In this document: positions 34,498 to 47,622 of the stretch, piece after piece | Layout of the letters: every line of letters starts with the position of its first letter | Numbering within the stretch: position 1 is the first letter of the stretch | Origin: Azolla caroliniana | Lineage: Eukaryota > Plantae > Polypodiophyta | Direction of reading: 5' to 3' | DNA length: 64,000 bases | Assembly (NCBI GenBank): GCA_043228905.1 | Contig: JBHGNT010000010.1 | Location: 4,960,001-5,024,000, forward strand | Notes under the pieces: generated by a model | The model's database searches: none | What the model was told of the DNA's origin: nothing | The model's input: the letters and a program-made list of their open reading frames with translations, nothing else | Position numbers and translations under genes: made by a program

Positions 34498-36149
34498 TGT
34501 CGTGATGTGGCGTGCCCGAGAGTGGGAAAAACCGGCGAAAGGGGGGGGTCAAAATGTGCATGTGCAATGCATATGCACACAAAGGCGATTAATTGTACAT
34601 ATGCAAAAGAAAAGGGAAAAGAAAGGGTGGAAAGGATGTATAGAAGCTCACGTAAAAAGTTAGAGAGAGGAGAGATAAAAGGTAGAGGGGAGATAGGCTC
34701 TGAATTTGTAGAGATAGAATTATATATCAAAATAAGAGAGAGTTAATGGGCTAGTGGATAGTCACATTGACTTCTAGCTAGAGGTGCACGGTTTAAATAC
34801 CGTCTTACAATGTAGCATGATTATGAAATTTTCTTCCTTTTGCATTGAAGACAAAATTCGCAACCCCCCTTCTTCTTTTTCCTATAAACAGAGGTTGAGG
34901 GGGGCTCATTTGGGAGGATGTTTTGGGAGGAGGAGACTATCACCATTTTTCCTCCAGAGATCTTCATCTTCTTCTTCACCACTTCTCTTCATCTCATACC
35001 CCTTCATCCCCTCATCGCCACGTGCTCGTCTTCTTCGTGTCGGCACTCGAAGTGCTCGTGAGCCCAAGCTTCGTTGGTTTTATGTTGCTTCGCCTCGTTC
35101 GTCGTTGCGAGCCCATGTACTCGCCGTTCAAGTGGTTGTGGTTCGTTGGGGTTGGCATTTTGGTGGTGCTCGTGTGTTCATCTTCGTCGTGTTTGGATTT
35201 GCTCTTGTCTATAAGGGAATTTAGTATTTATGTTTTGATTGAGCTTGTGGTTAACTAGAAATTGCCATTGTAATCAAACCCTATTTTATAAAGGGTCCTC
35301 TTGCGTTGGAATCGAACACGTATTTATTTCTTTGGCCAATATCATTAGTGTTTCTTTCTTTCTTTCTTTGTTTATGTCTTCCTTTTACATTCGGCCGTCT
35401 TGTGACGAGGGAGCGTTTCGGGCGTGCCCATGCACCTCTCCTCTTCATAAAGGCGTACGAGCATTTGTTCGTGTGTTAGTGTCTTCCTTGTATGTTCGGT
35501 TGTCTTGTGACGAGGGAGCGTTTCGGGCGTGCCCATGCACCTCTCCTCCTCATAAAGGCATACGAGCATTTTGTGCGTATGTTTGTGTCTTCCCTGTACG
35601 TTCGGCCATCTTGTGACGAGGGAGCGTTTGGGGCGTGCCCATGCACCTCTCCTCCTCCTAAAGGCGTACGAGCATTTCTGCGTGTGTTTGTGACTTTCTT
35701 GTACATTTAGTCGTCTTGTGACGAGGGAGCGTTTCGGGCGTGCCCATGCACCTCTCCTCCTCATAAAGACGTACGAGCATTTGTGCATGTGTTTGTGTCT
35801 TCCTTGTACGTTCGGTCATCTTGTGAAAAGGGAGCGTTCGGGCTTGCCCATGCACCTCTCCTCCTCATAAAGTCGTACGAGCATTTTGTGTGTGTGTTTG
35901 TGTCTTCCTTGTACGTTCGGCCATCTTGTGACAAGGGAGCGTTTCGAGCATGCCCATGCACCTCTCCTCCTCATAAAGACGTACGAAAATTTGTGCACGT
36001 GTTTGTGACTTCCTTGTATGTTCGGCCGTTTTGTGACGAGGGAGCGTTCAGGTTTTTGCCCATGCACCTCTCCTTCTCATAAAGGCGTACGAGCATTTGT
36101 GCGTGTGTTTTGTGTCTTCCTCATACGTTTGATATCTTGTGACAAGGGA
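34498..36149 (+). mobile_element. LTR-like segment with terminal 105-bp array, inserted in LINE copy 2
   Basis: Starts TGTCGTGATGTGG exactly where copy 3 continues as LINE (GACAG|TTTATG); CCTATAAACA TATA at ~34881. Confidence 0.65.
35375..36149. repeat. 105-bp tandem array, ~7.3 copies
   Basis: tgtga anchors at 35401, 35506, 35612, 35717, 35822, 35927, 36032 and 36138. Confidence 0.95.
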
Positions 36150-39100
36150 CCACTATTCCATCCCTGGAAATGAATGGATGTCTAAATGGTGAGTGCTCCC
36201 CACTCACAACCTGTTGTGCAAAGCACCAAGAACAACTGGCAATCTCCCACCCCATTCCATGAGTATGAAGATTATAACATGGAACGTGCAAGGGCTCAGA
36301 AGTAGACTAGACCGGCAAAACATATGGAAACTCAGAAAGGATCTTGAAGAATATTTACTAGGGAGTGGTATTGACATCATCATGTTGCAGGAACACCACC
36401 TCGATAGCACGCAATTAAAGAAAGTCGGAGACCTTCTACCAGGATCATGGCGAACGATTTGGGAGCCAATAATTGGGGAGGATGGAAATCATGGTGGTAT
36501 TTGCACTTTGATTCGGGAACATCTAGCCCAACGCTTAATACACCAAGAATCACTTATACCTAGTAGGGCACATTTTTGCACGTTGGCCATCCAAGGGCAA
36601 CGATGGAACTTCATGAATGTTTATGCTCCAAATAGCAGAACAGAAAGGGCAACATTCTAGGACCGCATCTGCCTACAAGTAGCGGGTGCAGAAGAGTGGT
36701 GCATTGGAGGGGATTTTAATATGATCGAACATTCACGATAGTTCCAACAACAACCCCATAGTTCTACAAGGAAGGGAACGTAAACAATGGGAGAAGCTAT
36801 GTGTCCACCTTAACCTGCAAGACATCTGGCATTCTGCCAACTTCCAACGGAAAAGGGATTCTCTCCTATTCTCCCGATCAGACGGGCGGAATAGTGGACC
36901 CACCCTATCTCGCATTGACCGCATTTATGTGGGGAAGGCTCTAGAAGCGAAGGGAGGGTGGCGTCGCATAACTCCAACCACGACTTTCTCTGACCATTAT
37001 CCGGCAGCTGGTCATTTTCAATTGCACCGAAAATGGGGCCCATTCCAGACTCGCATCCCACACACTATTTACACACATATAGACGTGAAGGACCAACTAT
37101 CCAACCAATGGTCATTACCCGTCAATGACTCATCAGCATCGGACAAACTTTTAGCTAAATTAAAAAGAGCTTCTACTCTCCTGCATGAGATTGTCAAGAC
37201 CAGAAGCAAGGATGCTCAGGAGAAGCAAAAGAGGACAAAACGGGGACTAATAGCCTTACAACGACTCCAATAGAGATACTCGTCCTGTATTTGGATCACA
37301 TGACAAGTGCCCACGGCCAAACATGAACTTAGCATGGTGGAAAAGGAAATATATGACATGAAGTTTCATGGAAGCATGGCGCGATGGATTCGAGTAGGGG
37401 ACAAAACCACGAAGGAATTCTTCCGCTCCAAAGGCCTGAAGCACGCTAGAACTGTGATGTGCAGCCTCAACCGAGAGGATAGAACGACCACTGAGGATGG
37501 CGACGAAATAAGGAATATTGCCACAAGTTATTATAGTCGCCTACTTACCGAAGACATTATAGCTACATGAGAAGACATAAGAGAAGATATTATCCTCCAA
37601 AGCATACCCGAGAAAGTCACGCCGGAAATGAATACATGGCTTGTGCGTCCCCTATCAATCATTGAGATATGGGAGGCCCTCACTGATTTAGATGCCGATA
37701 GCTGCCCCAGAATCGACAACCTCACCCCACACTTTTTAGAATGCCTTCGGGACACTATTAAAGAAGACCTCCTCCTGGCATATGAGGAGATCATCACCTC
37801 TGGAAGCATGCCGGAGGAATTTGGACAGGGGATGATACATCTCATTCCTAAAAGTGGTGGGAATGCCAACAACATTAGCAAGTGGCGACCCATAACTCTT
37901 CTCAATACTGTCTATAAGTTGCTCGCAAAAATTGTGGCACGCCATTTAACACCACTTCTCCCTCAACTCATTCATCTGTCCCAGACAGGTTTCGTTAGAA
38001 ATCAGAGCATCCTAGACAACCTCTTCTCATTCTGGGAAGCAGTAGCCCTTGCCAAGCATACCAACAACAAGGTAGCGGTGGTGCTACTAGATTTTGAGAA
38101 AGCATATGACAGGGTATGCTTGAACTTTCTAGAAAGTGTGATGAGGAAACTCGGCTTTCAAGAGACATGGATCAAAGGCATTGCAAGACTTTATAGGAAT
38201 GGCAGCAGTTGCGTTTTGCTGGCAGGTGAAAGGGGCCCCTTTTTTCGAATATCCCGATCTGTACGGTAGGGATGCCCACTAGCTCCATCCTTATTTCTAT
38301 TATACGTCGAAGCACTCTCTTGCTTTCTCAACTCGCGGTATCTCAACCTACGTGGTCTTCCCGTACCTCAGTCTCACCAAAGCATCCTGGATATAGAATT
38401 TGCAGATGACACAGCAGTTTACCTGCAAGGGAATTTGGAGAACCTCCAAAAGTTAGAAAGTGGGCTAGCTGTATTTTACAAGAGATCCAACGCCATGATC
38501 AATTGGCACAAATCCTGCACAATATGGCTCTCTCAGGAAACACATACGGCGTGGCACCCACATCCCTCTTTCAAATGGATAAATCAAGGAGCGAGCACCA
38601 AATATTTGGGTTTCTAAATTGGTTTCAACATACCGCCGAAGACTATGATTGCACCCGTTATCCTTTCCATTCAACAAAAGTTGATACATTGGAGCTCGAA
38701 AAAATTATCGCTAGCGGGTCACATCATAGTGGCAAATCAAGTACTACTTGCAACAACATGGTACAATCTATCATGTTGGACAATCTCCAAGGAAAGTATA
38801 CATCATATTCAACGACTGGTTCGCAACTCCATTTGGTCTGGTAAGGAAGACCACATGTGTAGCTCGCAACAAGGTGGCGTGGCCTATACTCACAGCGCCT
38901 AAGTCGAGAGGGGGATTGGGTCTTATTGATCCCCTTTCATAATCGAAAGCCTTACTTGCCAAATTAGTGGTGCGAGGACTCCAACCAGGAAATGACTGTT
39001 GGAAAATGCTACTGAGGTTACGTTTCGCTTACTTTAGGCCACGAAAAGGGGTCAATTGGGCCCCCCAAACAGGATGGATTCTAAACATGGATCTCAAACC

Positions 39101-40560
39101 TAGTTTCTCCCGCCAATTGGAGGATAGATTCAGTGCATCCATGTGGAAGGCATGGTGTGACATTCGTCGAGGGCTCAAGTGTGATCAACCGATATCCGAA
39201 CCTGTCTTGCTCAGTCAATGTATTCTATGGAACCCATGTATCAAGGATGAATCTAATCAACTACTGGGATCACGTAAGGGGTTGTCATGGGGATACATTG
39301 CAGAAGGTCCAGGAAAAAGTATAGAATGTTGGCGACAGTTTATGTCACTGCCACTACAAGATCAAGCGAACATACTCCATGGAATCAGGGGTGGATGGAC
39401 TACGAGATAGGAAATCATTAACGCTCTACTGATTAGGGAATCTGCTACTCAAAGGACGACAATGGAGAAATGGATAGGCCACAAGGAGGAGGAATCTCTA
39501 ATACCGAGAGGTAGGGGACCACCAGACAGATCGAAGGCTCTGAATTGTGAGACACTGAGACACCAACGCAATTCGAGTACTCGTGTATACTGGTCATAAA
39601 TGGATTGTAGATCCTAATCCGATCAAAGTACAACCCGATTGGCACATATGTACTCATGAAAACACACGGTTACGTAAGGTCAGTTGGGACCCTTTGCAAT
39701 GGACATGGCGTGATCCCTACGCGGGGCAAGGAAGCAAACCCATCCCTTTCTTCCAATTCACAACTAGATTGGGTCGCCACATTCTAGCTGCTCAAACCGC
39801 TCGAGAACCGGCTACTGCGAAGGTCTAGCACACATTTCAAGTTCCTCCCACAATAATCACCAAGTTTTGGCAGAAAATCTGGAAACAACAACATGCGAGG
39901 CGAATTACCACGTTCCAATGGCTATTAATACATAAGTCCCTACCGGTGGGAGCATGGCAACGTGGGAACCTTTGCTCTCCTAATTGTGTAGAGTGCCCAC
40001 ATGCAGTAGAATCAATACGACACGCTCTATGGGACTACCCAACCTCCCATCAAATATGGCGGGGGGTTGGCCGCTTGTTGCAATTATGTCAGGTGCAAGG
40101 CTCAATCAAGTGGAGAAATATATGTTGGCTATCATGGCAGACCGCAATTGGCAGATATGAGCATCAGGAGGAGGGGATGACTTTGGTGATAAAAGACAAG
40201 AGGTCTTTTTCTCCTCCAGCGGCAATGTCCACTCCACTCCTCTTAATGACAAATCTCAAGAGGTGTTGGAATTGGTCAGCCCAATAATTCTTTGGATTCT
40301 ATGGAAACAACAATGTAGGCGAGTCTTCTCCAACCAAACTGTACATCCAACAAGGTTACTGCAAGAGATATGGAGTGAAATTGTAGCCACTCTGAAGAGC
40401 CAATATGATGGCCTTAAGGGCGGCTCCGAGGGAGTTGAAAGACAACGAATAGCCTTCATCCAACAATGGTCGTCCTCTCCCTTTCTTGAGTCAGTGGGCA
40501 TCCACATAAGATGGAACTATCGCGTCCCTTCAGGGATTTGTACATAATCGTCTCATTTAT
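36147..40560 (+). mobile_element. L1-clade LINE, copy 3, 5'-truncated, retaining the full ORF2 span including the zf-RVT C-terminus; degenerate
   Basis: End of ORF1, ORF2 ATG at 36259, LLDFEKAYDRV, FADD, CVECPHAVESIRHALW; more diverged from copies 1 and 2 than they are from each other. Confidence 0.92.
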
Positions 40561-42289
40561 AAAATTTTATAACTAATGGAAGGAGTTTTTTTGGGGAAAA
40601 AAAACATAAACTATTGATAGCTAAACTCCTCATAGAATAATTCAATGCTACCTACATAATTTTAATAGTTGGAGTGAGAAGGCAAAATCAATATTACATT
40701 TTTGCCAATTCACAGGTAAGCAATGAGGGAATTGAGATACACGCGTTTTTACCCTATCATTCAAAAAAGCATACCTATTTATTGGTACCCTCACATGGAA
40801 GATTAAGAGCGGGTGGAGTAGTCTTTGATGTTTAAGGTATTTTCATGGGAACTAGTAAGTTCTTTTAGATGACTAACATGAAAAACTAGTAACCATTTGG
40901 AAATATTCAAACTATAGATAGATAAAGTGACACAAGGTACAATGATAAAGGTCCAAGCCGTAAGGCTGAGAGTAACACATGAGTACATTTGTTTGTAGGT
41001 TGTAGACAAGGTGTTGAAATTTAGATGTGCATGCAAAAATACTTTTTACAAAGGTAAGAACTCAACTATGCCTATTGTGTCCAACATAAAAATGTGATAT
41101 ACCTTGAGTAGTCTCACTATTATATCGAGTTATGTAGAATAATTCTTCCATACTCCTACGAAAACTTTATGTCCTCTACAATTCATTGGATAAAAAATCA
41201 AAATCAACCAGGATCTCGTGCTGAAAAGCACATCAACATAAAAGGACTATATCCACTTGACACTATTATTCTACACAAATTGTAATAAAAGTCTATCATT
41301 CTTCCCATTTTGTAGGCTTGTTCACACCTTAGACTAGATGCATATCCTCAATAATTGGATTGAATTGTTGAATTGTTGAATTGACCATCATACCAAGAAC
41401 AATCTAAATCATTGGTGCTAAAGGTAGTTCTCAACTTTTTAAAGACCCAAATCCAAACATTGCTAAAGACTTACAATATCTATCATTAAATTGCATCCAT
41501 GAGTAATCCACAAAGTCATAATAACTCGTGCATGAATAGTAACACAATTCATGAGTTGTTAGTAGTTACTATAGTTTGAGTTGGAATAAATTTCATTAAT
41601 ATTGTTAGTATGTAACCTTATATTTTGTGCATAAATTTTAGATCATGTTTTCATTCACACTAGGTACATAACTAGTGGTGCCTCAATTTAGGCACTAATT
41701 TGCATTGAATGTTCCAAGCATTGTGATTTATACAATAAAGTCATGTGCATGGTTGCACGTGATTTTCCAAGTCACATTTGTTTTACTCGATAGATTGATA
41801 AAAAAGTTTGTACATAGTAGTTTCAATATAGACTAACAATTCATTAAGAATCAATCAACGATAGATTAATAATGCAATTAAATCAATGACAAATATTCTA
41901 GAATGATGCAATTAAATCAATGACAAATATTCCAGAAAGAAAAAGGTTACTTCGACACGAGGCACCGTAGGTGTTGGTAGTAGTCGTGGTTTCGACAATC
42001 TACTTGACTCACCTTCACTAGAAAAGCTTTAAGTCACCCCATTGTTCTCCCATTTCGAACTTTTGTTTATATTTAAACTTTGAAGAAGCCACTGCATTCG
42101 TGGCATATATATTGGCGACACCGTTTGTTATAAAAAGAGCATTTCTTCATAATTTTGAACCATAATAGTGTATTAGTCGCTCTTCACCATTGTGTGTGAG
42201 TGTGAGGAGGGTTAAGCATTTGCTGGCAAATGAGTCTTGCCACTCTTCATTCATCTCAGGGCGTTTGCCTCATTTTGTTTGTTCGCCTC

Positions 42290-42595
42290 TAACATTCGAG
42301 TCATAATCTTCCGTTTCAGTCCCCATTCGGTTTTGAGTTACTATTTTGAATCACATCTCCACTCACATTCGAGTCCCTATTGAAAATTGAGTTCCTACTC
42401 ACGTTGAAGTCCCCACTCGAGTTCGAGACCTCGTTCAGACTTGAGTCCCCACTTGGATTTGAGTTCATATTCGAATTCGAGTCCTTATTCGCATTCCAGA
42501 CCCTACTCAGATTTGACTCCCCAGTTGGATTCGAGTTCCTATCCGACTTTGATTCCCTACTCGGATTCGAGCACCACTTTCATTTGAGTCCCACC
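42290..42595. repeat. Degenerate ~18-bp minisatellite (ttcgagtccccactc..)
   Basis: Recurrent ttcgagt/ttgagtccc motifs producing the spurious ESPLEFE-like ORF. Confidence 0.6.
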
Positions 42596-43176
42596 TTTAT
42601 TCATGTCCTCCCTGGTCCAAGACCCCTGTGGTCCCGCTCGAGTAGCACCCGCATGTGCATTTATGCGGTGGCGCATCCTCGACTACCCGTGCCTCCCAAG
42701 ATGTAAATGTTGTTGTTGCTATGTGTTGAGCGAGCAAGCTCAACCGGATCCGGATCGCCATCCAGAAGGATGAGCCGGATTGGTATCCGGATGGTATCCG
42801 GAAACAACCGGCCGGATCAGGGAGACAGATCGGAGAGCCGGATTCGAGCGGGAACCGGAAGCCTAGTAATAGCCTAGACTACTAGGTAATCATTGTCTCG
42901 TAGTTAGTGTCAGTCGCACGTAGGAATATTGAAGTACTTGTCAGTACTTTTGTCAGTCCTTTATGGACTTGTATAAATAGTGTTGTTTAGCACGTTGTAT
43001 TTACAGATTCACAGAATATTTTCATTTTCTTGAATCTACGCTTACATTCTGCTCTCACTATCTCTCCCACATATACTCTTTGTATACTAAACTTCTCCAT
43101 TAAACCTTCATCTTATTCTCTGTTGCTATCCGGCTGAGCCGGTTCTCTCTAACGCTTCCACACGTTTACATTCACA

Positions 43177-43188
43177 TGGTATTAGAGC
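43177..43188 (+). promoter_or_regulatory. tRNA-iMet primer binding site
   Basis: TGGTATTAGAGC, one mismatch to canonical TGGTATCAGAGC, directly after ...TTCACA. Confidence 0.85.
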
Positions 43189-43265
43189 GTGAGGGTTGAG
43201 AACCTTTGCAGCCGACAAACGCTTTCGAAGACAAACCCTAATACCCAGTAAGGACAGACAGAGGT

Positions 43266-44204
43266 ATGACGAGTTCACTTCCCACGAAGAAGCTTGACCG
43301 GAGCAACTACACGTCCTGGTCATATAAAATGCACCAGTACCTGCTGGAGCATGGATATTGGAGCTTTGTGGAAGGAACAAATGAGGTAGCGTCAAAGCCG
43401 GCACACAATGACTTCCCGGTTTGGGAGCAAGGAGTGAGCCGAGTATTGTATTGCCTCGCGTCTTGTGTGCACAACCAGATGCTCGGTTACATAAAGGATG
43501 CAAAAACACTGAAGGAGGCTTGGGGAAATCTGAGGAAGATTTTCGCCGCGAGTACCACAGCCCGTAAGTTGCACCTTCGGCAAGAGCTAAACAACATCCA
43601 GCAAAGAGACATGTCGGTTACGGACTACACCACCAAGATAAAGGAGATTTGTGATGCACTCGGGTCCATCAACGTGATGGTGGACGAAGACGAGATGGTA
43701 CAAATCTGCCTCGGTGGTCTAGCGCAAAGGTACAGGCCAATCCGAACAGCGATCTACACCCGGGAGAAACCATCGTCTTTCTTCGACTTGCAATCGATGC
43801 TGATGATCGAAGAAAACCACGCGAGTGGGTCAAGGACCACTCAATCGGACGGCCGGATGATGTACACGGAGATAGATCGGCCCCATGGACGTGGTGGACG
43901 AGGTGGGTCAGCACGCAATGGAGGCGGCCAACAAGAGCAGAACCGAAGGCACAAAGGTGGTGCCAACAACAGTTTCGGAACCTCCACAAGCAGGGGGAGT
44001 CAAAGCGGCGCCGGGAACCGGCAAGGAAAGGCCGACACGAAATGCTGGTATTGTGGCAAAAAGGGCCACAGGGAAAGCGAGTGTTGGAAGAAACATGCCG
44101 ATTCAGACAAATCCGGATCCGGCAAAACCGGCAAAGCTCGCACTACGCAGCAGGATCGAAAGGATCCAGAACCGGGAAAATCGGTAAAGGGCCAGCCTTC
44201 GTGA
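43266..44204 (+). CDS. gag: Copia Gag (UBN2-type, zinc knuckle); pol frameshifted downstream
   Basis: 312-aa ORF with Copia gag motifs. Confidence 0.85.
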   Translation: MTSSLPTKKLDRSNYTSWSYKMHQYLLEHGYWSFVEGTNEVASKPAHNDFPVWEQGVSRVLYCLASCVHNQMLGYIKDAKTLKEAWGNLRKIFAASTTARKLHLRQELNNIQQRDMSVTDYTTKIKEICDALGSINVMVDEDEMVQICLGGLAQRYRPIRTAIYTREKPSSFFDLQSMLMIEENHASGSRTTQSDGRMMYTEIDRPHGRGGRGGSARNGGGQQEQNRRHKGGANNSFGTSTSRGSQSGAGNRQGKADTKCWYCGKKGHRESECWKKHADSDKSGSGKTGKARTTQQDRKDPEPGKSVKGQPS

Positions 44205-46946
44205 TGAAGCACAAGGCTAACTCAATGAAGAAGACTACTTCCAAATCAGAGGAAGTATAGTACGTTGATTCCGGAGCGTCCAACCACATGACGAGCCATG
44301 AAGAGTGGTTCTCTTTTTTGGAGAAGCCGGAACAACCGGGGATTGTCGAAATCTGAGATGACACCCATCACCCTATTGTGCATGTCAGAGAAGTCCCTTT
44401 AAGCCATGTTGGACAAAAGGGGAAGTTGATGAACGTACTACACGTTCCGACTATCACAAAGAACTTGGTGTTCGTTGGACAAATCGTCGACCAGGGGATG
44501 CAGGTGCGGTTTATGCACCTAGGGTGCTTCATTGAGGAAGACGGTTGGATAATTGCGCAAGGGCGCAGAGAAGGGAGGATGTTCATCCTCAACACCAATG
44601 ACGTTGGCATCGCCATGTTTGCCAAAGGGCAGAAGGTCGAGTTGGACATCGACCTGTGGCACAAGCGGATCGGCCACATCAACTACCGTAGGCTTCAGGA
44701 CCTACAATTGAAACAAGTTGTCTTCGGTTTGCCAAAATTTAGCGGCCGTAAGGCCGAAATTTGTGAAGCCTGCCAATTCGGGAAGCAACACCGGCTTCCA
44801 TTCCCCACCAAACAAAACCGGAGCCATAACAAGCTCGATCTAATACATTCGGATGTATGGGGACTGGCACAGAACATTAGTCTTGGCAGGAGTTGATCCT
44901 TCATCTCCTTCATCGACGACTACAGCCGGCACACGTGGATCTACCTCGTCAAACGAAAGAGCGAAGTCTTCGAATGTTTCCGGAACTTGCAAAGCTTAGT
45001 TGAACGGGAAACAAAGAGGAAGGTCAAGTGTTTGCGGTCGGATGGCGGAAAAGAATACTTTTACGGCCAATTCAACAGTTATCTGCAGTAGAACGGAATT
45101 CGGAGAGAATTCAGCTGCAGATGCACGCCAGAGCAAAACTGTGTGGCCGAAAGGAAGAACCGGTCAATTGTCGACGCGGCAAGGGCAATGTTGGTGTCAT
45201 CACATGAGATGTATTTCGGGCAGAAGCCAAATTTGAGACACCTTCGGATATTCTATAGCATATCATATGTGCATGTACCAGATAAGAAGCGGAAGAAGCT
45301 AGATCCGAAGTCGGAGAAATGCATCCTAGTCGGCCACTCACATGAGCAGAAGGCGTATAAGTGTTATAACCCTCGGACTAAGCAGGTCCGAGTAAGTCGA
45401 GATGTCGAGTATGATGAGACGGCATCATGGTACTCCTTACCGACTCCAACTCCCGACGAAGACCCGATTCTGGAAGATGAGGCTAGTGAGCCCGAGGAGG
45501 TCCAGGTAGAAGATGAAGACTTCGGAACTCTAGAAGAGAGTCCAATCTCATTCCGACTCAGTGGACCGAATGAGCGGCTGAGTCGAGATGACCAGTCGGA
45601 TGAAGAATCGGCGAGTAGTGGAGACTCTGTCGTGCTCTCCCCGCACAAGGAACCGAGGAGACGGTTCACGCGTAAAGAGAAGGGGAAGAAGAAGATGCCG
45701 GAATACAAAACCGGCAACGTTGAGTCGAATCAGAGCGACTCCAACTACGACTCCGGATCTGCAGTCATTTTGATGCTTGTTCCTCTGTGGATTTTGCTAA
45801 CTGCCTCCATTGCCATTCACTTGTTTGGTTTGAATGGTTTGCTTAATGTCAGGAAAGAAAAAATGTTGTTCCTATTGCTCAATGTTTTCTTGGTGATTGA
45901 TGCAAAGGCTCATTCACTACATCAGTAAATAGTCAATTGTACAAAGCCTTCCACAATTCTGTTATGTGTGTTATGATAATCTTTAGTAGGCTAAGGGACA
46001 TGATGAACAACCATCCTATAAACAACAGGTCATTGTTTGATGTCTGACCATCAGTCCTTCAAATGTGCAATTGTGTTTTCGTTGTTGTGATGAATTTGTT
46101 GTGCATTCCCTACTTTTTCATGTTTGAAAATGCTTGCTTAGCTTCTATAGTGGCGTTGCTTTGAAATTTTCACCTCAAGAATTTATCGATTGAGGTTGAG
46201 GTAATGATAGGGCATCCACTTGTGTTAATGTGGGCCCTCATGCACGAAAACACTTTCTTCTTCAATCTCAAGCCACAATGTCATGAAAGTTTTGTGGTTG
46301 TGTGTAATGCTAGGGGGACTAATCTAGTATTTGTTAGAGTCCAACGAATTATTTCAGTGAAATGTATGGAATTATGGATCAAAGAAAGGAAAGAGAGGTG
46401 CTAGTACACTTAACCAATGGTGAGACAAACTAGAATCTTCTTAATGTCCCATATCATTGAGGATTGATGCAAGTGGTACCTTGGGATTTAGAATGACCGC
46501 ATGTGCTTAGCTAACAAGAGCCATAGCCATACTGACATAGTCTCAACGTAAGTGAGCTTTCCTTGATAAAAAGGTAGTTAACCATCTTCTATTAATATAA
46601 ACCATATGAAGTGGTCAAGTGTGAATAACTTATTAGTTATCTCACATCGTATGAATTGTAATATACAATTCATACCCCCATTCGTTTCGGAGTTAAACCA
46701 CATGTACCATCGTAAGGTTAGGGCCATAATCCCCCCAAGTTCATAAAATAGTTTTGAGGAGGGTTAGCATCGATAGGAAGTTCCAATCCAAATCATCGAT
46801 GTAAGGCAGAATACCAAAATACTCCTACCCCTCAAATTTAAAGAAAGGACAAAGAATACCTATACTAGGAAAAACATAAAAAATACTCATCACCTATTGT
46901 ACACCTATGAGGAAACATCAAAGTTTCGAAAAAAAGTTTAGGACGC

Positions 46947-47327
46947 CTCTAATGCTTCAAACTTTTGTCGAGTTCAGAGAAGTTGGCTGTAATGCTCTTA
47001 GGGTTTGAAAAATAGAATGGGCACTGTGATAAATACCTTGATGATTGACAAAATGTCTACAACATTAGAAGTTGGTTGTAATGCTCTTAGGGTTTGAAAA
47101 TTAGAATACCAAAATACTCTAATGCTTCAAACTTTTGTCGAGTTCAGAGAAGTTGGTTGTAATGCTCTTAGGGTTTGAAAAATAGAATGGGCATTGTGAT
47201 AAATACCTTGATGATTGACAAAATGTCTACAACATTAGAAGTTGGTTGTAATGCTCTTAGGGTTTGAAAATCAGAATGGGCACCGTGATAAATACCTTGA
47301 TGATTGACGAAATGTCTACAACATTAG
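46947..47327. repeat. Complex tandem duplication (~88-bp subunit, ~171-bp higher order) carrying telo-boxes, upstream of the PPR gene
   Basis: agaagttggttgtaatgctcttagggtttgaaaa occurs four times. Confidence 0.9.
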
Positions 47328-47509
47328 TGGTGCGCACTTCAGAAACTATTAAGTAACATAGGGGCATGCCAATATTGTTTTTATTTATGGTTGGTTCTTG
47401 TGGTACCTATTCAATCATACATTGAACTTAGGGTTTATGATTTAGGGTTTACTCCAATCATGGGGGACAAGGGACCTCTCATGGAGTCCTCATGCTCCCT
47501 GTATGGGGG

Positions 47510-47512
<3 letters not shown>

Positions 47513-47560
<48 letters not shown>

Positions 47561-47583
47561 TGTGTGTGTGTGTGTGTGTGTGT
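47513..47583. repeat. (GA)n(GT)n compound microsatellite
   Basis: Direct read. Confidence 0.95.
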
Positions 47584-47622
47584 GGTGAGAACATTCTTTT
47601 GTATGAACACAAAGTTTGTTTC

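Larger units (their letters stand above)
42722..45760 (+). mobile_element. Ty1/Copia element, 5' LTR (~42722-43176), PBS, gag, PR and IN; RT, RH and 3' LTR missing
   Basis: TG...CA LTR with TATAAATA; gag KLDRSNYTSWS and CWYCGKKGHRESEC; VDSGASNHM; LWHKRIGH..CEAC; HSDVWG; KLDPKSEKCILVG. Confidence 0.92.

Noticed and set aside
42380-42706. 108-aa ORF with ESPLEFE repeats
   Set aside because: Product of a degenerate 18-bp minisatellite with a non-ATG start.
47503-47622. N-terminal RERERE/CVCVC extension of the PPR ORF (likewise 17061-17111 for LysM)
   Set aside because: Translation of microsatellites, probably 5' UTR.
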